The notes: generated by a model not told the origin, from the letters alone. Positions 32,331 through 44,914 are shown, counted from the stretch's first letter. The stretch is DNA of 64,000 bases from Blastocladiella emersonii ATCC 22665 (GCA_025594325.1 JANHCV010000001.1:2232001-2296000); one strand, 5' to 3'. A program made the numbers and translations.

Positions 32331-34781
32331 CTACTGGTCAAGATACCTCCGCAGCCGCGCCGCGCCCTCAACCCCGAGCACGCCAGCGACACACGTCCAC
32401 GGGTCGCGCCCGCCGCCCCACCCGAGAAACTCCTGCCACAGGCGCGTCCCTCCGTGGCGGAACTCGCGCAGGTCGCGCACGCCCGCGAGGTGCCGCTCGT
32501 ACACGGCCAGCGCCACCACGCGGCTCCACAGGTACGAGTAGTACCCGCCGCTGTACGTCGCCAGGTGCTGCAGCCGCAGGTGCGGCGCCCACGCCGCGTG
32601 CCAGGGGACGCGCGTCAGCCACGCGCACAGGTGTGGGAACGGGGCGAGCAGGGGGAGGGAGGCCGGGTCGGTGCGGAGCGCGGTGACGAGCGCGTGTGGC
32701 GTGTGGTTCGAGATCAGCGAGCTGTGCAGGACCTGGTCCATGGCCGCCAGGTGCACCTGCGACCACAGGTCCATGTCGCGCGGTACGTCCGAGCCCACAC
32801 CGCTCGACTTGACCGTTGGGAGGAACGGCGACGTGGTGCACGGCGCGATCGCCGGCTGGTGCGCGCGGAACCGCGCCTGGACCGCCGGGTGCGCGAGGAC
32901 GAGCTCCATGAGGATCGACGGGACTTCGGACACGTCGAGCGCGCACCGCGTCCCCGACACGTTCTGGTAGTGCGTGAACGATAGCAGCGAGTGCGTCGCG
33001 TGCCCGAGCTCGTGCCACAGCGTCTCGACCTGCGTCCACGCGAGCGGCGCGCCGCGCCGGATCGACGTCGCGAGGACCACCACGGGCCGCTGTACCGCGT
33101 CGTTCGGCGTCAAAAGCGCGGCCTGCATCGCGGCGCCCGACGGCGCGGGCTCGCCCGCGTCACGCTGCCCGGGCATCGCGGCGTGCGGAATGCGCCGGCC
33201 GCGGACCGTGAAGTGCGCGGCGGCGGCGAGCTTGGCGGGGGTGCGGTCGACCAGGTCGCAGTACATGGTGCCGAGGTCGGTGCCCTGGTACCGGACGGCG
33301 ACCTTGACGACGTCGGGGTGCCACGCCTCGCCGTTGGCGACGGGCAGCGTGACGAGGTCGACGCCGTACATGGCGTGGACCGTCTCGGCGAACACAGTCA
33401 TGGCGGTGGCCAGCGTCGGCAGCTCGCCGGGCACGCCGCGCCGCTGCTCGAGCTGCCGCTGCAGGTACACGCGGTCCCACTCCTGGACGGGTTTTGAGTC
33501 AGCGAGCGACTCGAGGGCGGCGAAACTCGCGTCGAGCGCGGGCGTCATCTCGCCGGCGAGCCGGTCGAGGAACCTTAGCACGCGCGACTGCGAGTTGACC
33601 ATCTTGTCGCGCAGGAACATGCGGGCGAAGCTCGGGAACCCGACGAGCGACGCGAGCTCGTGCCGCGTCGTCAGCAGCGACTGCAGGTTCGCCTCCTGCG
33701 CTGGGTACGCGGCGTGCACGACGTGCAGGGCCTTTTCGCGCACGCTCGGGAGCGGGGAGGAGTGGACCAGGTGCGACGCGAGCCCCTGGTCGCACGCGAG
33801 GACGGCGCCGTTGGGCTCGGGCGGCGCGTGGTTCGGCAGCGTGTAGTGCTGGCGGATCGCGCGTGGCAGGGTGCCCGCCTCGGCGGCCGTCAGCGGCACG
33901 GCGATGGGGGCGAACTTGAAGGAGAAAAAGTCGCGCGCGTGCACGGTCATGGCGTCGGACAGGGCGACGTGCTTCTTGCGCTGTGCGTCGGGCAGGTGGA
34001 TGCCCGACTGCTCGAAATCGCGCAGGAACACGGCGGCGTTGCGGGCCTCGAGGTCGTCGAGGTCGGCGACGTTGGCGTCGACGGCGTGGCGCAGCACCGC
34101 GTACAGCTCGGCGTTGGTGTTGAGCGTGTGCAGCAGCGACGACAGGTCGGCGTAGACGCGGTCGGCGGCGCCCGCCCACGCGCGGTCCGGGTGCACGTTG
34201 CGCAGGAACTCGGCCGTGTCCGTCAGCTGGCACAGGTAGTTGGACAGCGCGTCCAAGTCGTCGATCAGCGCCCGCGTCTCGTCCGCGCTCAGCATCCGCG
34301 ACTCGGCGTGCCGCGCAATCAGGCCGTCGACCAGCCGCGTCGCCTCGCCGATCATCCGCCGGCTCGACGCGACCATGGAATCGGGGCTCGTCAGCGCCGC
34401 GTCACCGAACATGCCCGTCGCGGGCGCTGCCGCGGTGTCGGGCGTCGCCACGCGGCGGGAACCGCGTGCCACGCGGGTCGCGGGCGACGGCGGCGGGATC
34501 CGCGCAAAGTCGAAGGCGCGGACCATCTGCGCGAACCTTGCCGTCTGCGCGGCCACATCGTCGGCGGACTTGATCCCACCGAGTGGCGGCGGCGGCAGGA
34601 CCGGTCCCGCGGCAGTCGTGCGAGCGGCCGCCGCGAGATCCTCGGCGGGCGCCGACGCCGCCGTGGCGAGGGACCGAGAAGTCGGCCGCCGCGCCGGGGC
34701 GAGCGGGTGGCGGCGGGGGTGTAGGATCGCGCGCGGCGGGCGGGCCACGCGGAGCATGGCGGCAGCGCGCTGGAGTGACAT
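32331..34781 (-). CDS. OCT1: Mitochondrial intermediate peptidase (M3 metallopeptidase)
   Basis: Presequence; LCQLTDTAEFLRNVHPD, FEQSGIHL, HELGH zinc motif, GTRCALDVSEVPSILME, HLATYSGGYYSYLW. Confidence 0.93.
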   Translation of the reverse strand: MSLQRAAAMLRVARPPRAILHPRRHPLAPARRPTSRSLATAASAPAEDLAAAARTTAAGPVLPPPPLGGIKSADDVAAQTARFAQMVRAFDFARIPPPSPATRVARGSRRVATPDTAAAPATGMFGDAALTSPDSMVASSRRMIGEATRLVDGLIARHAESRMLSADETRALIDDLDALSNYLCQLTDTAEFLRNVHPDRAWAGAADRVYADLSSLLHTLNTNAELYAVLRHAVDANVADLDDLEARNAAVFLRDFEQSGIHLPDAQRKKHVALSDAMTVHARDFFSFKFAPIAVPLTAAEAGTLPRAIRQHYTLPNHAPPEPNGAVLACDQGLASHLVHSSPLPSVREKALHVVHAAYPAQEANLQSLLTTRHELASLVGFPSFARMFLRDKMVNSQSRVLRFLDRLAGEMTPALDASFAALESLADSKPVQEWDRVYLQRQLEQRRGVPGELPTLATAMTVFAETVHAMYGVDLVTLPVANGEAWHPDVVKVAVRYQGTDLGTMYCDLVDRTPAKLAAAAHFTVRGRRIPHAAMPGQRDAGEPAPSGAAMQAALLTPNDAVQRPVVVLATSIRRGAPLAWTQVETLWHELGHATHSLLSFTHYQNVSGTRCALDVSEVPSILMELVLAHPAVQARFRAHQPAIAPCTTSPFLPTVKSSGVGSDVPRDMDLWSQVHLAAMDQVLHSSLISNHTPHALVTALRTDPASLPLLAPFPHLCAWLTRVPWHAAWAPHLRLQHLATYSGGYYSYLWSRVVALAVYERHLAGVRDLREFRHGGTRLWQEFLGWGGGRDPWTCVAGVLGVEGAARLRRYLDQ

Positions 34782-35157
34782 GATGCACGGCGTGATGAGT
34801 TGCGAGTGTTGTTGATGCGTAGCAAGTGGGGCGAGTGCGTTGCGGCAAGAGTGCAGAGTGTGCGAGCGCGAGAGTGTCGCGGAGGGCGGCCAGGAGTGCG
34901 CGGGGGAGCGGCGGGGGAGCGGCGCGATGGCCGCGGCCGCGGACGGTGACGCTGACGCTGACGTTTGGCGGGAGGAGACACGCATCGCGAGCACGCACGT
35001 GTGGCGGCGCGCCACTTTCGGCGAGGGCGTGGCGGTCGGTCGCTGCCGAGCGTCGTGGCGACTTGCTTCTCTCCTTCGTCGGTGTCCCATTCAACGAACA
35101 CGGAACGCTACGCATCTCTACGAATCTCCACGCATCAAGCAACGCACCGAACCCACC

Positions 35158-36285
35158 ATGGCGTCCCTCAAGGACCGCACCAACGAGCTACTGTCGGCGA
35201 TGCAGACCATCGAGGGCCGCAGCATGGACCACCTGCGCCAGAAGCCCGGCCCGAGTGGCCGCCCCGCCGCCAACGAGCTGAGCGCGCCGCTGCTCGGGTC
35301 GTCCGCCGCCTCTTTACCGCCACCACAACAGCATCCGCGCGGCACGCGCCCCAAGACCGAGTTCTCGCAGCGCGCGGGCTACATTGCGCGCGCCATCCAG
35401 CAGACGGCCGCCAAGCTCGAGAAGCTCGGCAAGCTGGCCAAGCGCCGCACGCTGTTCGACGACCGGCCCGTCGAGATCGCCGAGCTGACCGCCGTCATCA
35501 AGCAGGACATTACGGCGCTCAACACCGAGATCCGCGCCCTGCAGGCCCTCTCGCAGGCCCACAACGCGCGGTCGCGCGCCGGCCAGCACGAGGAGGAACA
35601 CTCCAAGTCGGTCGTCGTCGGCCTCCAGAGCAGCCTCGCCCGCGCCTCGCAGGGGTTCGCCGAGGTCCTCGAGATCCGCACCGAGAACATGAAGGCCCAG
35701 AAGGAGCGTCGCGACCAGTTTGCCGCCGGCGGGCCCGCGTTCGCCCTCGCCGGGCCTGCTGCCGACTCGCCGCTCCTCTCGTTTGACCAGCCCGCTGCCG
35801 CCGCCTCCGCTGCTGCGCCCAACGTGTTCGGCCACCCACCAGGACCCGCGTTCGGGAACGGCAACGCGGCGTACGGCTTCGGCATGAACAATGGCTTCGC
35901 ACCACCAGCTTCATCCGCGAACGGCGCCGGGACCAAGGACTTTCTCGCCATCGACATGGGCATGTCGGCCGACCAGCAGCAGCAGTTTGCCGCCCTGGAC
36001 CAGAACACGGCCATCATGGAGCAGCGCGGCACCGCCATCGACACCATCGAGTCGACCATGGCCGAGCTCGGCCAGATCTTCCAGCAGCTCGGCATGCTCG
36101 TCGCGCAGCAGCGCGAGCAGGTCATCCGCATCGACGACAACGTGTACGAGATCGAGAACAACGTCGACCTCGCCCGCAAGGAGCTCTTCAAGCACTGGAC
36201 CTCGGTCTCGTCCAACCGCCTGCTCATGGCCAAGGTCTTTGCCGTCGTCCTCGTCTTCTTCTTTCTCTTTGTCATGTTCTTGTGA
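35158..36285 (+). CDS. SED5: Syntaxin-5 (cis-Golgi Qa-SNARE)
   Basis: N-peptide MASLKDRTNE, LAKRRTLFDDRPVEIAELTAVIKQDI, SNARE motif IESTMAELGQIFQQL, C-terminal TM helix. Confidence 0.96.
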   Translation: MASLKDRTNELLSAMQTIEGRSMDHLRQKPGPSGRPAANELSAPLLGSSAASLPPPQQHPRGTRPKTEFSQRAGYIARAIQQTAAKLEKLGKLAKRRTLFDDRPVEIAELTAVIKQDITALNTEIRALQALSQAHNARSRAGQHEEEHSKSVVVGLQSSLARASQGFAEVLEIRTENMKAQKERRDQFAAGGPAFALAGPAADSPLLSFDQPAAAASAAAPNVFGHPPGPAFGNGNAAYGFGMNNGFAPPASSANGAGTKDFLAIDMGMSADQQQQFAALDQNTAIMEQRGTAIDTIESTMAELGQIFQQLGMLVAQQREQVIRIDDNVYEIENNVDLARKELFKHWTSVSSNRLLMAKVFAVVLVFFFLFVMFL

Positions 36286-36334
36286 TTCCATCCTTGCACT
36301 CCCATCACATACATACATTCCCATAGCCACTGGT

Positions 36335-39300
36335 TCAATCGCTGTCGTCGTCGAGCAGCGATATGGTCATGATCGTCCCCGCCGTCGACGGCCGCTGCGA
36401 CACGACCGGCGCCGGCACCTCGCTGACCACCGTGATCTCGGGCGACGACCTGACCTCGAACCGGCTCTCCTCCCCCTCCCCCTCCTCCACAAACTCGGCC
36501 GGCACCCTCCGCGGGTCGCCGTACACACACTCGTCGAGGTTCTCGATCAGCGCCGCGATCTCGAACGCGCCCGCGACATGTCCCGGGTCCGCGAGCGGGA
36601 GCAGCTGGTGCGCGATCACCCGCTCGACCGCTGCCGCGCGCTCCGCGTACAGCGGGTCGTCCTCGTCGCGGTCGCGCACCAGCGCTGGGACGGGCTCACC
36701 GCGCGCGAAACACGCGCTCGCCTCCACGGCCCGCGCCACGATCGCCTTGGGCACGCCTGCCGCTAGCGCGCACTCGGCCGCGAGTGACGTCGCGCACGTC
36801 CCGCGGACTACGCAGTACAGCATCACGACGGACGAGGACGACGCGTGCGCTGCGCCCTCGCGCGGGTGGTGGTGCTGGTGCACCTGCATCGTCAGCCGCG
36901 TGAGTGCGAGCGGCGGCGACGGGAGCAGGTTGTGCGTGTCGATCTCTACGCACGGCGTCTACGGTCAGCGCGAGTCCACCGGCTCGCAACTCCAGTGCGT
37001 ACCGTGGAAGTGCGTGACGGCGAGCACCAGCGGCGCGTCGGGCCCGAGCTCGGCAAAGTACCGCATCACGCCGACAAACAGGCCGACGCCGTCCGGGACC
37101 CGCGTGCCTTTCCCAAACTCGTCGATGAGCACCAGCGACGACGGCGTCGCACGCCGCGTCGCGTGGCTCATCTGGTGCAGGTCCAGCAGGAACGCGCTCT
37201 GGCCCTGCACGCACGGCGGTTAGTCGTGGCCGACAGCTGCGGTGCGCAGAACGAACCTTGGACACGGACTCGCGCGCCGACACGCGCGTCAGGATCTTGT
37301 CGACGACGGGGAGCCGCGACCCGGGCGCGGCCGCGACGTAGCTGCCCATTTGGGCCATGATGACGGCAAGCGCCGCCGACTTGAGATACACGCTCTTGCC
37401 CGCGGCGTTGGGCCCCGTGAGCAGCGCAACGCGGTCGGCGCCAAACCCGCCGCCGAGCTCAATGTCGTTGACAATGAAGCTGCCCGCGGCCCCGCGCTGC
37501 ACGCGCTCGACGATCGGGTGCCGCGCGCCGCGCACCGCGAGCTGCGAGCCGGGCACAAGTTCGGGCCGCACGTAGTCGTAGCGCGCGGCGGCCTCGGCGA
37601 GCGACTGCAGCACGTCGAGCGTGACCAGCTGGCGGTGTAGCCGGACCAGCGCGGGTTGCAGGTCCTGCAGCAGCGCGCGCAGCTCGACCACGATCTCGAG
37701 CTCGCGGTCCACAATGTGCCCGAACACGTCGCCCACCGACTCGTCGAGCTCGCGCATCGCCGCCGACTTGAAGTACCCGTACGACGGTGTGTAGAACAGC
37801 AGCTCGAGGTTCGGCACCGCGTACGTCGCGAGCGACGCGCCGCCTCCCACCAAACTTGGGTCGCCCGCCTCGTCTCCATCGTGTCCCGGCGCGAGCGGAG
37901 CGCCGAGGAACCGGTCGAGCACCGCGCGCGGCAGCAGCGTGAGGAACCCGATCTGCGGAATGTACACGACGTTGACGTGCGCGGCGACGGCGGGCGGGAC
38001 CGTGGTCGCGAACGACTCGGCAACGCCCGTCAGGAACTCGGGCAGGCTGTCGAACTGGTCTTTGAACTCGTCGAGCACCGCGTCGAACCCGCGCCGGACG
38101 ACCGCGCGCGCCTCGGCTTTCGTCGCGGCGAGGTCGATCACGCCCTCAATCAGCGCCACGGCCCGCATCGCCGCGGCGCGGCTCTCATCCGCCTGTACGC
38201 CCGCGAAGCACGTCAGGTGCGGCGACGGCACGTCGCCCGGCGCGTGCTCGAACCCCGCCAGCGCGTCGAGCAGCTTGACCATGGCGCCCGCCGACCCGAC
38301 GAGCGCGCGCCAGTCGCCCGGCAGGAACACGGGCCGCGCGAAGATCCGCGGGACCGACCGCACGTGCAGCAGCTGCGCGCGGATCAACCGCACGCCCGCC
38401 GCGTTGCTCGGGAACAGCAGCGTCGCCACGGCCGCGTGCCGGTGCGCGATCGCCGCGGGGTCCGCCAGCGGCCGCGCGAGCCACCGCCGAAGCTGCCACT
38501 TCCCGTCGCCCATCTTGGTGTGGTTCAGCAGCTCGAACAGCGACGTGCACGAGGCCGCGAGCGATGTCGCGGCGGGGTCGCCGAGCGCCGGCTCGAACAG
38601 CTCCAGCGCGTCCATGGCCGCCGCGCCGAGCTCGAGCGAGTCCGCCGGCGTCCATGCCGCGACGGACGTGACGCGGAACCGGCTCGTGCGCGGCGCGTGG
38701 CGCGGGTCGACGACGCGTGGTCCGTCACCGCGCGGATGGCCTCCGGCTGCGCTGACGACCGACATGGACGCTAGGAACGGGTCGAGGTACGGGTCGTCGG
38801 CCATCGCGCCGCCGCCCGCCGCGACGCTCGACACGCCGAGTCCCGAGACCGCCGGGTCCTGCAGGTCCTCGAGCGCCTCAAGGTACGTGCACAGCGCGCC
38901 CGCGGCGATCAGCGACAGCGCGTTCGACGTGGTGTCGCCGCCCACAAGCGCCGTCAGGTACACGTGCGCCTGCTCCAGCGGGTCTGCGAGCACGCGCGAT
39001 GGCGGCGCGGGAGGTAGGCCGGTACGCCCACGGCGCGTCGGTGGACGTTCGGGTTCGGCGGCGGATGACGACGCGAGATCGTCGAACGCGCGCGACCGCA
39101 GCCGCTGGTCGACCGCCGAGACCGTCGCGAGCAGCCGCGTGCGCGCGGGGCCCGGTGCAAAGTCGGCGGCGGGGCGCAGGTCGACGACGGGCGGCGCGCG
39201 CGAGACTGGGGCAACGGTGCCCGCGAGCACGTCGCGCAGCGAGTCCGGGGCGCGGGACGACAGGATGGCGACGGCGGGCGCGAGCTGCGCGGCCAGCGCG

Positions 39301-39527
39301 TCGGCGCGGTCGTGGAACGGCGCCGGGTCGCAGTCGTCGCGTGAGCCCACCCACAGCGTGCCGTCGCCGTGCGCGTCAAAGTATGCGAAACCGAGCATCC
39401 CGCGCTCAAAGTGCAGCGACAGGATTAGCGGGCCCGCGGGCTCCGCGTCGTCGAGCTCGGCGTCGCCGCCGACGCCGCCGCCGAGGCCCGGGGTGCTTGC
39501 GAGGTCGGATCGGTGATGGGTTGACAT
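36335..39527 (-). CDS. MSH5: MutS homolog 5 (meiotic crossover factor)
   Basis: LLTGPNAAGKSVYLK, VDKILTRVSARESVS, SAFLLDLHQM, SLVLIDEFGKGT, VTHFH, SAALECALAAGVPKAIVARA. No mismatch-binding domain seen. Several 3' introns; alternative ATG at 39542. Confidence 0.88.
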
Positions 39528-39906
39528 GGTCGTGTGATACATGATGGTGGGCCAGCGAGGGTCGGTTCGCGGCGTCGACGATGACGCTGCCGCGCGATGA
39601 TCATCGCGGCGAGACACGGCCGCTTCCGCGCGCCGGACGTGTCTCTCGCGTATCCATGGTAAATGCATGTAGACGGGCAGGGCCCATGACTCGATGGAGA
39701 GCCGTCCGCGCCACCATGGAAGGAGGAAGGCGAACGGCGGCGCGTCTCCCGCGAACGTCCGCGGCGCCGAGTGTGTGCACCGGATTGCGCCGCGCGCCCA
39801 AGTCGGGTCTCGTACTCGCCGCACCGCAACGCATACACACGCCAGAGGGCAAGAGGAGCAGCCCTGGTTCAGGATGCTCTCTCTCCTGCTCGTCAACCTC
39901 ACTATC

Positions 39907-40868
39907 ATGTACACTGCCGCCCTTCGCGCTGCGACGCTTGCTCGCTTCACCGTGCGGCCCGTGGCCAGGCCACTTGTCGCGCGCTGGGCAGCGCCGCTTG
40001 CGCCCGCTCGCCGCGCTCTCTCAACGGCGGCCGCTCCCACCGTCGACGCAGTGTCCGCGGCGACGGCTACTGGGACCGCTGAGCCAACAGCGACGACAGC
40101 AACTGAAGACGATGGAGACGACTTCCTCGAGCGTGCTGGCCCCATCGCCCTGCTCCCGGTCATCGTGTCCGCCATCCCGCCGCTTTTGCTGCCCGTCACG
40201 TACTTCTTTGGGACGCCCGAGATCATCCACTCGACCGAGGTCCTCTCGGCGCAGTACTACGCCTGCATCACCGCCGCGGCCGGCGCGTACAGCTGGGCGA
40301 GCTTGACGCTCAGTCCATGTACGGCACAATTCCGCTCCTCTGCTCTCAACTCGTGCTCTGACACTCCCCGATCGACGTAGCCAGCCAAGCCGTGTGGTGG
40401 CGCGTCTACGCCTCGACCCTCCCCGCGGCCAGCGCCGGCATGATGATCGGCCCGAGCGCCTATCCAGGCGACGCGCTCCTCAACCTGACCATCACCAACG
40501 CCATCATGCTCTTCGCCTACGCGCGCGACGACAACGACACCCAGACCACGACGCAGACCGGCATGTACGTCATCAGCGCCAGCTTCTGCGGGCTCTCCTG
40601 GCTCATGTACCAGGCCCGCCAGCGGTACCTCGACTACACGACCCCGCCCGAGGCGCTCGCGGTCGTGGATGCGGCGGCGGCCGTCAAGGCCGCGACCGAC
40701 GATGCTGGTAGCAGTCCGGCGACGAGCGAGACGGTGACTACTGAGAACCGGCTGCTCGCGTACCTCACGGACGATGCAGACGCGGACGCTGATGAGACGG
40801 AGGTCGCGAAGCAGCAGTCGGAGGAGGAGGGCACGGACAGCCGTTCGGCCGTCTCGGCCAGCGAATAA
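39907..40868 (+). CDS. Hypothetical, probably mitochondrial, membrane protein
   Basis: R/A-rich presequence-like start (MYTAALRAATLARF...RRALSTA), intron 40319-40380 keeps the frame, ~4 hydrophobic segments, acidic tail. Confidence 0.65.
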
Positions 40869-41093
40869 TGTGGAAGGACGAGATGTTGCGCAGAATGAAT
40901 AGAATGCATCAAGTTGCGACTCGAAGGAGCGATTATTGAAAGAGCTGATGGCTGAAGCGATGAAGGGCACGAGATGAACGACGCGTCCACACCCGTGACC
41001 ACGGCGCACAGTGCAGCCAGCCGAATGCGACTGCAAGTCGGATCTGTTGAACAAAAATCATGTATTCTTACTTCAGCGGATGACGTCAGTGCT

Positions 41094-42169
41094 TCATTCA
41101 CCATCGCTGTCGAGCAGGCTGATCACGGTCGACCTGACGGCGCTGGACGCGGACGATGGCTCCGTCTTGATGGGCAGCTTGCGCGGCGCACGCATCTGCT
41201 CCTCGTCGCCGCTGTGGTCGAGGTACACGACGGGCGTCGGATCAGCTGGTCCATCGTTCGTGCGGCGGCGCTTGTGGGCGGTCGCGTTGGCCTCGTCCTT
41301 GATCTTGACGATCTCGTGGGTCACGTCGCGCTCCGAGCTGTTGTTGGTCGAAGCCGAAGGAATGTCGCTTGCAACGTTCGCGCCGGCGGCCGTGCTGGTG
41401 TACCCGCGAACGTCAAGCATGTCTGATTGCACCGTCCACTGTTAGTCCAAGTCTGGTTGCAAGAATGCTGCCGAGGTACATTCCTCGGCTCATATAGTCG
41501 AAGAGAAAGACGTGCTGACGCTTGATCCTTGACATCTTGAGTTTGCCTGTCGTGTGGCCCGCCAACGGCGCGCCAAAACTAAGAGACCGAGGTGTTAGCG
41601 TTCTCACAGGCACGATCATTGTAGCAACGATGGTGCACCGACCCAGCTGTATGCGTGACAAGCGCAGTCTTCTTCTGCTTCTCGTTGAGAACGACCTGGC
41701 GATGAGTCCGATGCTCGGACGCGGCCTTGATGACCTCCTTGGGCTCTCGGCGACCAGTCCAGATCTCGACGCGGATCTGGCCAACGTTCTTCAGCGCGCC
41801 ATTGTCAATGGACACCTGATCCGGCGTATCAACGGTTTCCCCCTCTTCAACCGGCTCCATGGCCGCAAAGATGAACGGGACCCGCTCCGTGCCACCACGG
41901 ATCGCGCTGCCAAGCGCGATTGGTTCCGACGCGAGGAACCGCCGCGTGATCACCATGCTTACGCCGTCAAGGACCAAACACGCGCAAACATTGGGGAAGA
42001 CGTCTGGGTCGCACGAAGCGAGCGCTTGGAAGCGAGCGCCCGAGACCGCTTCAATTGCGCAAAGAGTCTGCTGGACGCCATCCGAGCGCGTCGTGGTCTG
42101 GACCTTGTACTCCTCAGCTTTGGCGCCGGCGACGTCGACGAAGACGCGAAGGCCGTTTACCTCAGGCAT
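41094..42169 (-). CDS. Tandem family copy A (DUF7918-like beta domain plus SUMO-site/SIM tail); second splice donor mutated
   Basis: Paralogous to copies B-D (V.G.KAEEYKV, CAIEAVSGARF, GQIRVEIW, LNEKQKK). The equivalent of intron 2 (41423-41483) starts GAATGT rather than GT. DUF7918 assignment is from memory of the motif and unverified. Confidence 0.65.
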
Positions 42170-42449
42170 CTGTCATCGATCATAAATCATTTAGCGATTG
42201 AGGCTCACGCCAGTGATCTGTAGTAGAGATCAGACTACCTTGCATGCAGTTACATTCAGGGATTACACACATGTATGCGCTGTTCGGAGAGCGAGAGAGA
42301 GAGGAGAACGGCGCGGAGTGAGCTGGGAGACCCGCCTGTGCATGGCACAGCGCACTGTTTCCGGCTTCACCCTGCACAGCGGGACCTCGGAACCTGCACA
42401 ACGGATCGATGATACAGTGTAAATAGATTTGTCGCAATCAACGGGTGCG

Positions 42450-43519
42450 TCACTCGTCGTCGTCGCTGAGCAGGCTGATTACAGCGGGCATTGGGTTGCC
42501 TGACGACGACGACGGCTCCGCCTTGACGGGCAGCTTGCGCGGCGCGCGCGAGGTCTCCTCGTCGTCGCTGTCGTCGAGGTAGACGACGGGCGTTGGGCGA
42601 GCGGGCCCCTCGTTCGGCCGGTGGCGCTTGTGCGCGCTTGAGTCGCCGCCGCCGAGACTGGTGAGGTCGATGAACTGCGTGGTGCCGCGCTCTGGCTTGA
42701 CTCGAGCTGTCGAGGGCGAACCAGTGAGGGCTGTCGCTGTCACGTCGGGCGTGTCAATGTACTTGCGGACCTCGAGCATGTCTAGCGAAGAACGTCGCAT
42801 TAGCACGGGTCCACCCTTCCAAGGACGACTGGTGCACCGTACCGCGACTCAGATAGTTGAAAATAAAGACGTGAACGAGCTTGGTCTTCTGCATCACGTT
42901 CTGCGGAAGCGTGTGCTTGCGAGTCGGATTGCCGTACCTGCAAGATGCAAGAATAGTCAGTACGTGCCGCGCGTGTCGCAATAGAGGAAGAATGAAGCAA
43001 CCCAGCCGTATGCGTGACAAGCGCGGCCTTCTTCTGCTTCTCGGTGAGGACGACCTGGCGGTGGGCATTGGTCACCACCGTGTTCCGCCGCGGCTCCAGG
43101 TAGCCGGTCCAGACCTCGACACGGATTTGACCAACGCCATCCAAGGCGTCATTGTCGATGAGCGTCTTGCCCGGTTCGTCCACGGCCGAACCCTCAGCGA
43201 CAGGCCGCATAGGAGCAAAGATGAGAGGGACCTCCTTCATACCAGGCTGCACGGCAAAGTTAAGATGGGCTGGTGTGGTGGACAAGAAGCGGCTCGTGAT
43301 GAGCGTCGACTTGCCATCGACAAAGAGTACCGCGCAAACGTTTCGGTGGATATGGCCCACGTTTGACACGAGTGCGCCAAAGGGAGCGCCAGCGATGCTC
43401 TCAATGGCGCAGCGGGTCTCGAAGACGCCGTCGTCGCGGGTCGTCGTCTCGACCTTGTATTCTTCGGCCTTGGTGCCGTTCACCTCGACGAAGATATTTA
43501 GTCCGCCTACCACGGGCAT
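42450..43519 (-). CDS. Tandem family copy B (apparently intact, 2 introns)
   Basis: ATG 43519. Splices HTAG|YGNP and YLSR|DMLEV (intron 42782-42842). Ends VISLLSDDDE*. Confidence 0.75.
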
Positions 43520-43570
43520 CTGCCGTCACGCCGCAACCCGCATTTAGTCTCTGCAGCGCTTTCTAGGTGA

Positions 43571-43613
43571 CATAATAGCTTCAGCATTTAACTTGCATCA
43601 AGTTACATTCAGC
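43571..43613 (-). promoter_or_regulatory. Conserved upstream motif of the tandem family (core CTGAATGTAACTTGATGCAAG)
   Basis: 39/43 identical to 44964-45006; a 2-mismatch core at 42236-42259. Each lies ~70-95 nt upstream of its ATG. Confidence 0.6.
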
Positions 43614-43832
43614 GCCTAGCGAAACTGTGTGTGGGCCAGGAGAGGCGACGTCGGCCTTGAGGTGGGGGCTTCAAAACGAGGGAGTCAACCCAGGCATCAG
43701 CCCACGGCTCAGCTGATCGGCGTGATGTGGCGCAGCGCGTCCACAGATCCGCCAGATGATGACAGAGGCGAAAAATATATGATACTGAGCCGGAAACGTC
43801 TGAAGATAAAATTACACAATGGTCAGAGCAGC

Positions 43833-44914
43833 TCACTCGTCATCGTCGCTGAGAAGGCTGATCACAGCCGAGTTGACAGACGACAAGGGCTCCGGTTTGA
43901 CGGGCAGCTTGCGCGGCGCACGCGACTGCTCCTCGTCGTCGCTGTCGTCGAGGTAGACGACGGGCGTCGGACGCGCTGGGCCCTCGTTCGGGCGGCGGCG
44001 CTTGTTGGCGGCCGTGTCGCCGTCGCCGCTGCTCAGGTCGATCACCTGCGCCACGCCGCGCTCTGGCTTGACGGCGGCGGCGGCCCGAGTCGAAGAGGGA
44101 GAAGCGCCGAGCGTGGTTGACGTGATGGCGGGCATCGGAATGTACTCGCGAACCTCGAGCATGTCTACGTCGTCGCGAGCGGTGAGTAGGCGCGATGGGC
44201 CACACAGAAAAGGGGATGAAAAACGGCACCGCGGTTCATGTACGCGAAGTAGAAAACGTGGACGAGGCGTTCCTTGATGAACGTCGTGCCGGGCGACTGG
44301 TATTGGCCGATAGGCGCGCCGAATCTGGAGGAGGGCGGGCGGGACGTGAGTTCAAGCCGTTCAACCCGGCCACACGCGTGAGTGTAGCGGACGTACCCGG
44401 TCGTGTGGGTGATGTGCGCAGCCTTCTTCTGCTTCTCGTTGAGGACCAGCTGGCGGCGCGCGACGCCTCCAGTGTTCCCGTACTGGACGGTCTCGCGTCC
44501 ACTCCAAATCTCGACTTTAATCTGGCCGATACCCTCGAGGTTGTCGTCGCCCGCCATGGTCTTGTCCGCCGTGTCGACGACCGTGCCCTCGGCGACTGGC
44601 GTCATGGTGGCGAATATCAGCGGGACCTTGACGTTGCCGCTCTCCACGGCGTAGTCAAGCATGTGCGGGTTCGCGTTCATGGCGGTGGCCGTCATCAGCA
44701 CACTCACGCCGTCGACAAATAGGACGCCGCAGACGTTCTGGTGAACCGTGCGGTCGTTGCTCATGCGGGCGCCAAAGCGAGCGCCGCTGACCGACTCGAT
44801 GCCGCAGCGCGTCTCCTTGACGCCGTCCTGACGGACGGTCGTATCGACCTTGTAATCCTCGGCTTTGGCGCCGGCGACCTCGACGTGGACCTGTAGACCG
44901 TCAATGGTGGGCAT
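43833..44914 (-). CDS. Tandem family copy C (apparently intact, 2 introns)
   Basis: ATG 44914. Splices HTTG|FGAP and YMNR|DMLEV (intron 44165-44229). Ends VISLLSDDDE*. Confidence 0.75.

Noticed and set aside
36696-40226. 1176-aa ORF taken as full-length MSH5
   Set aside because: The first ~230 aa overlap the promoter and the neighbouring gene antisense, and the end reads through an intron; the spliced model from ATG 39527 fits better.
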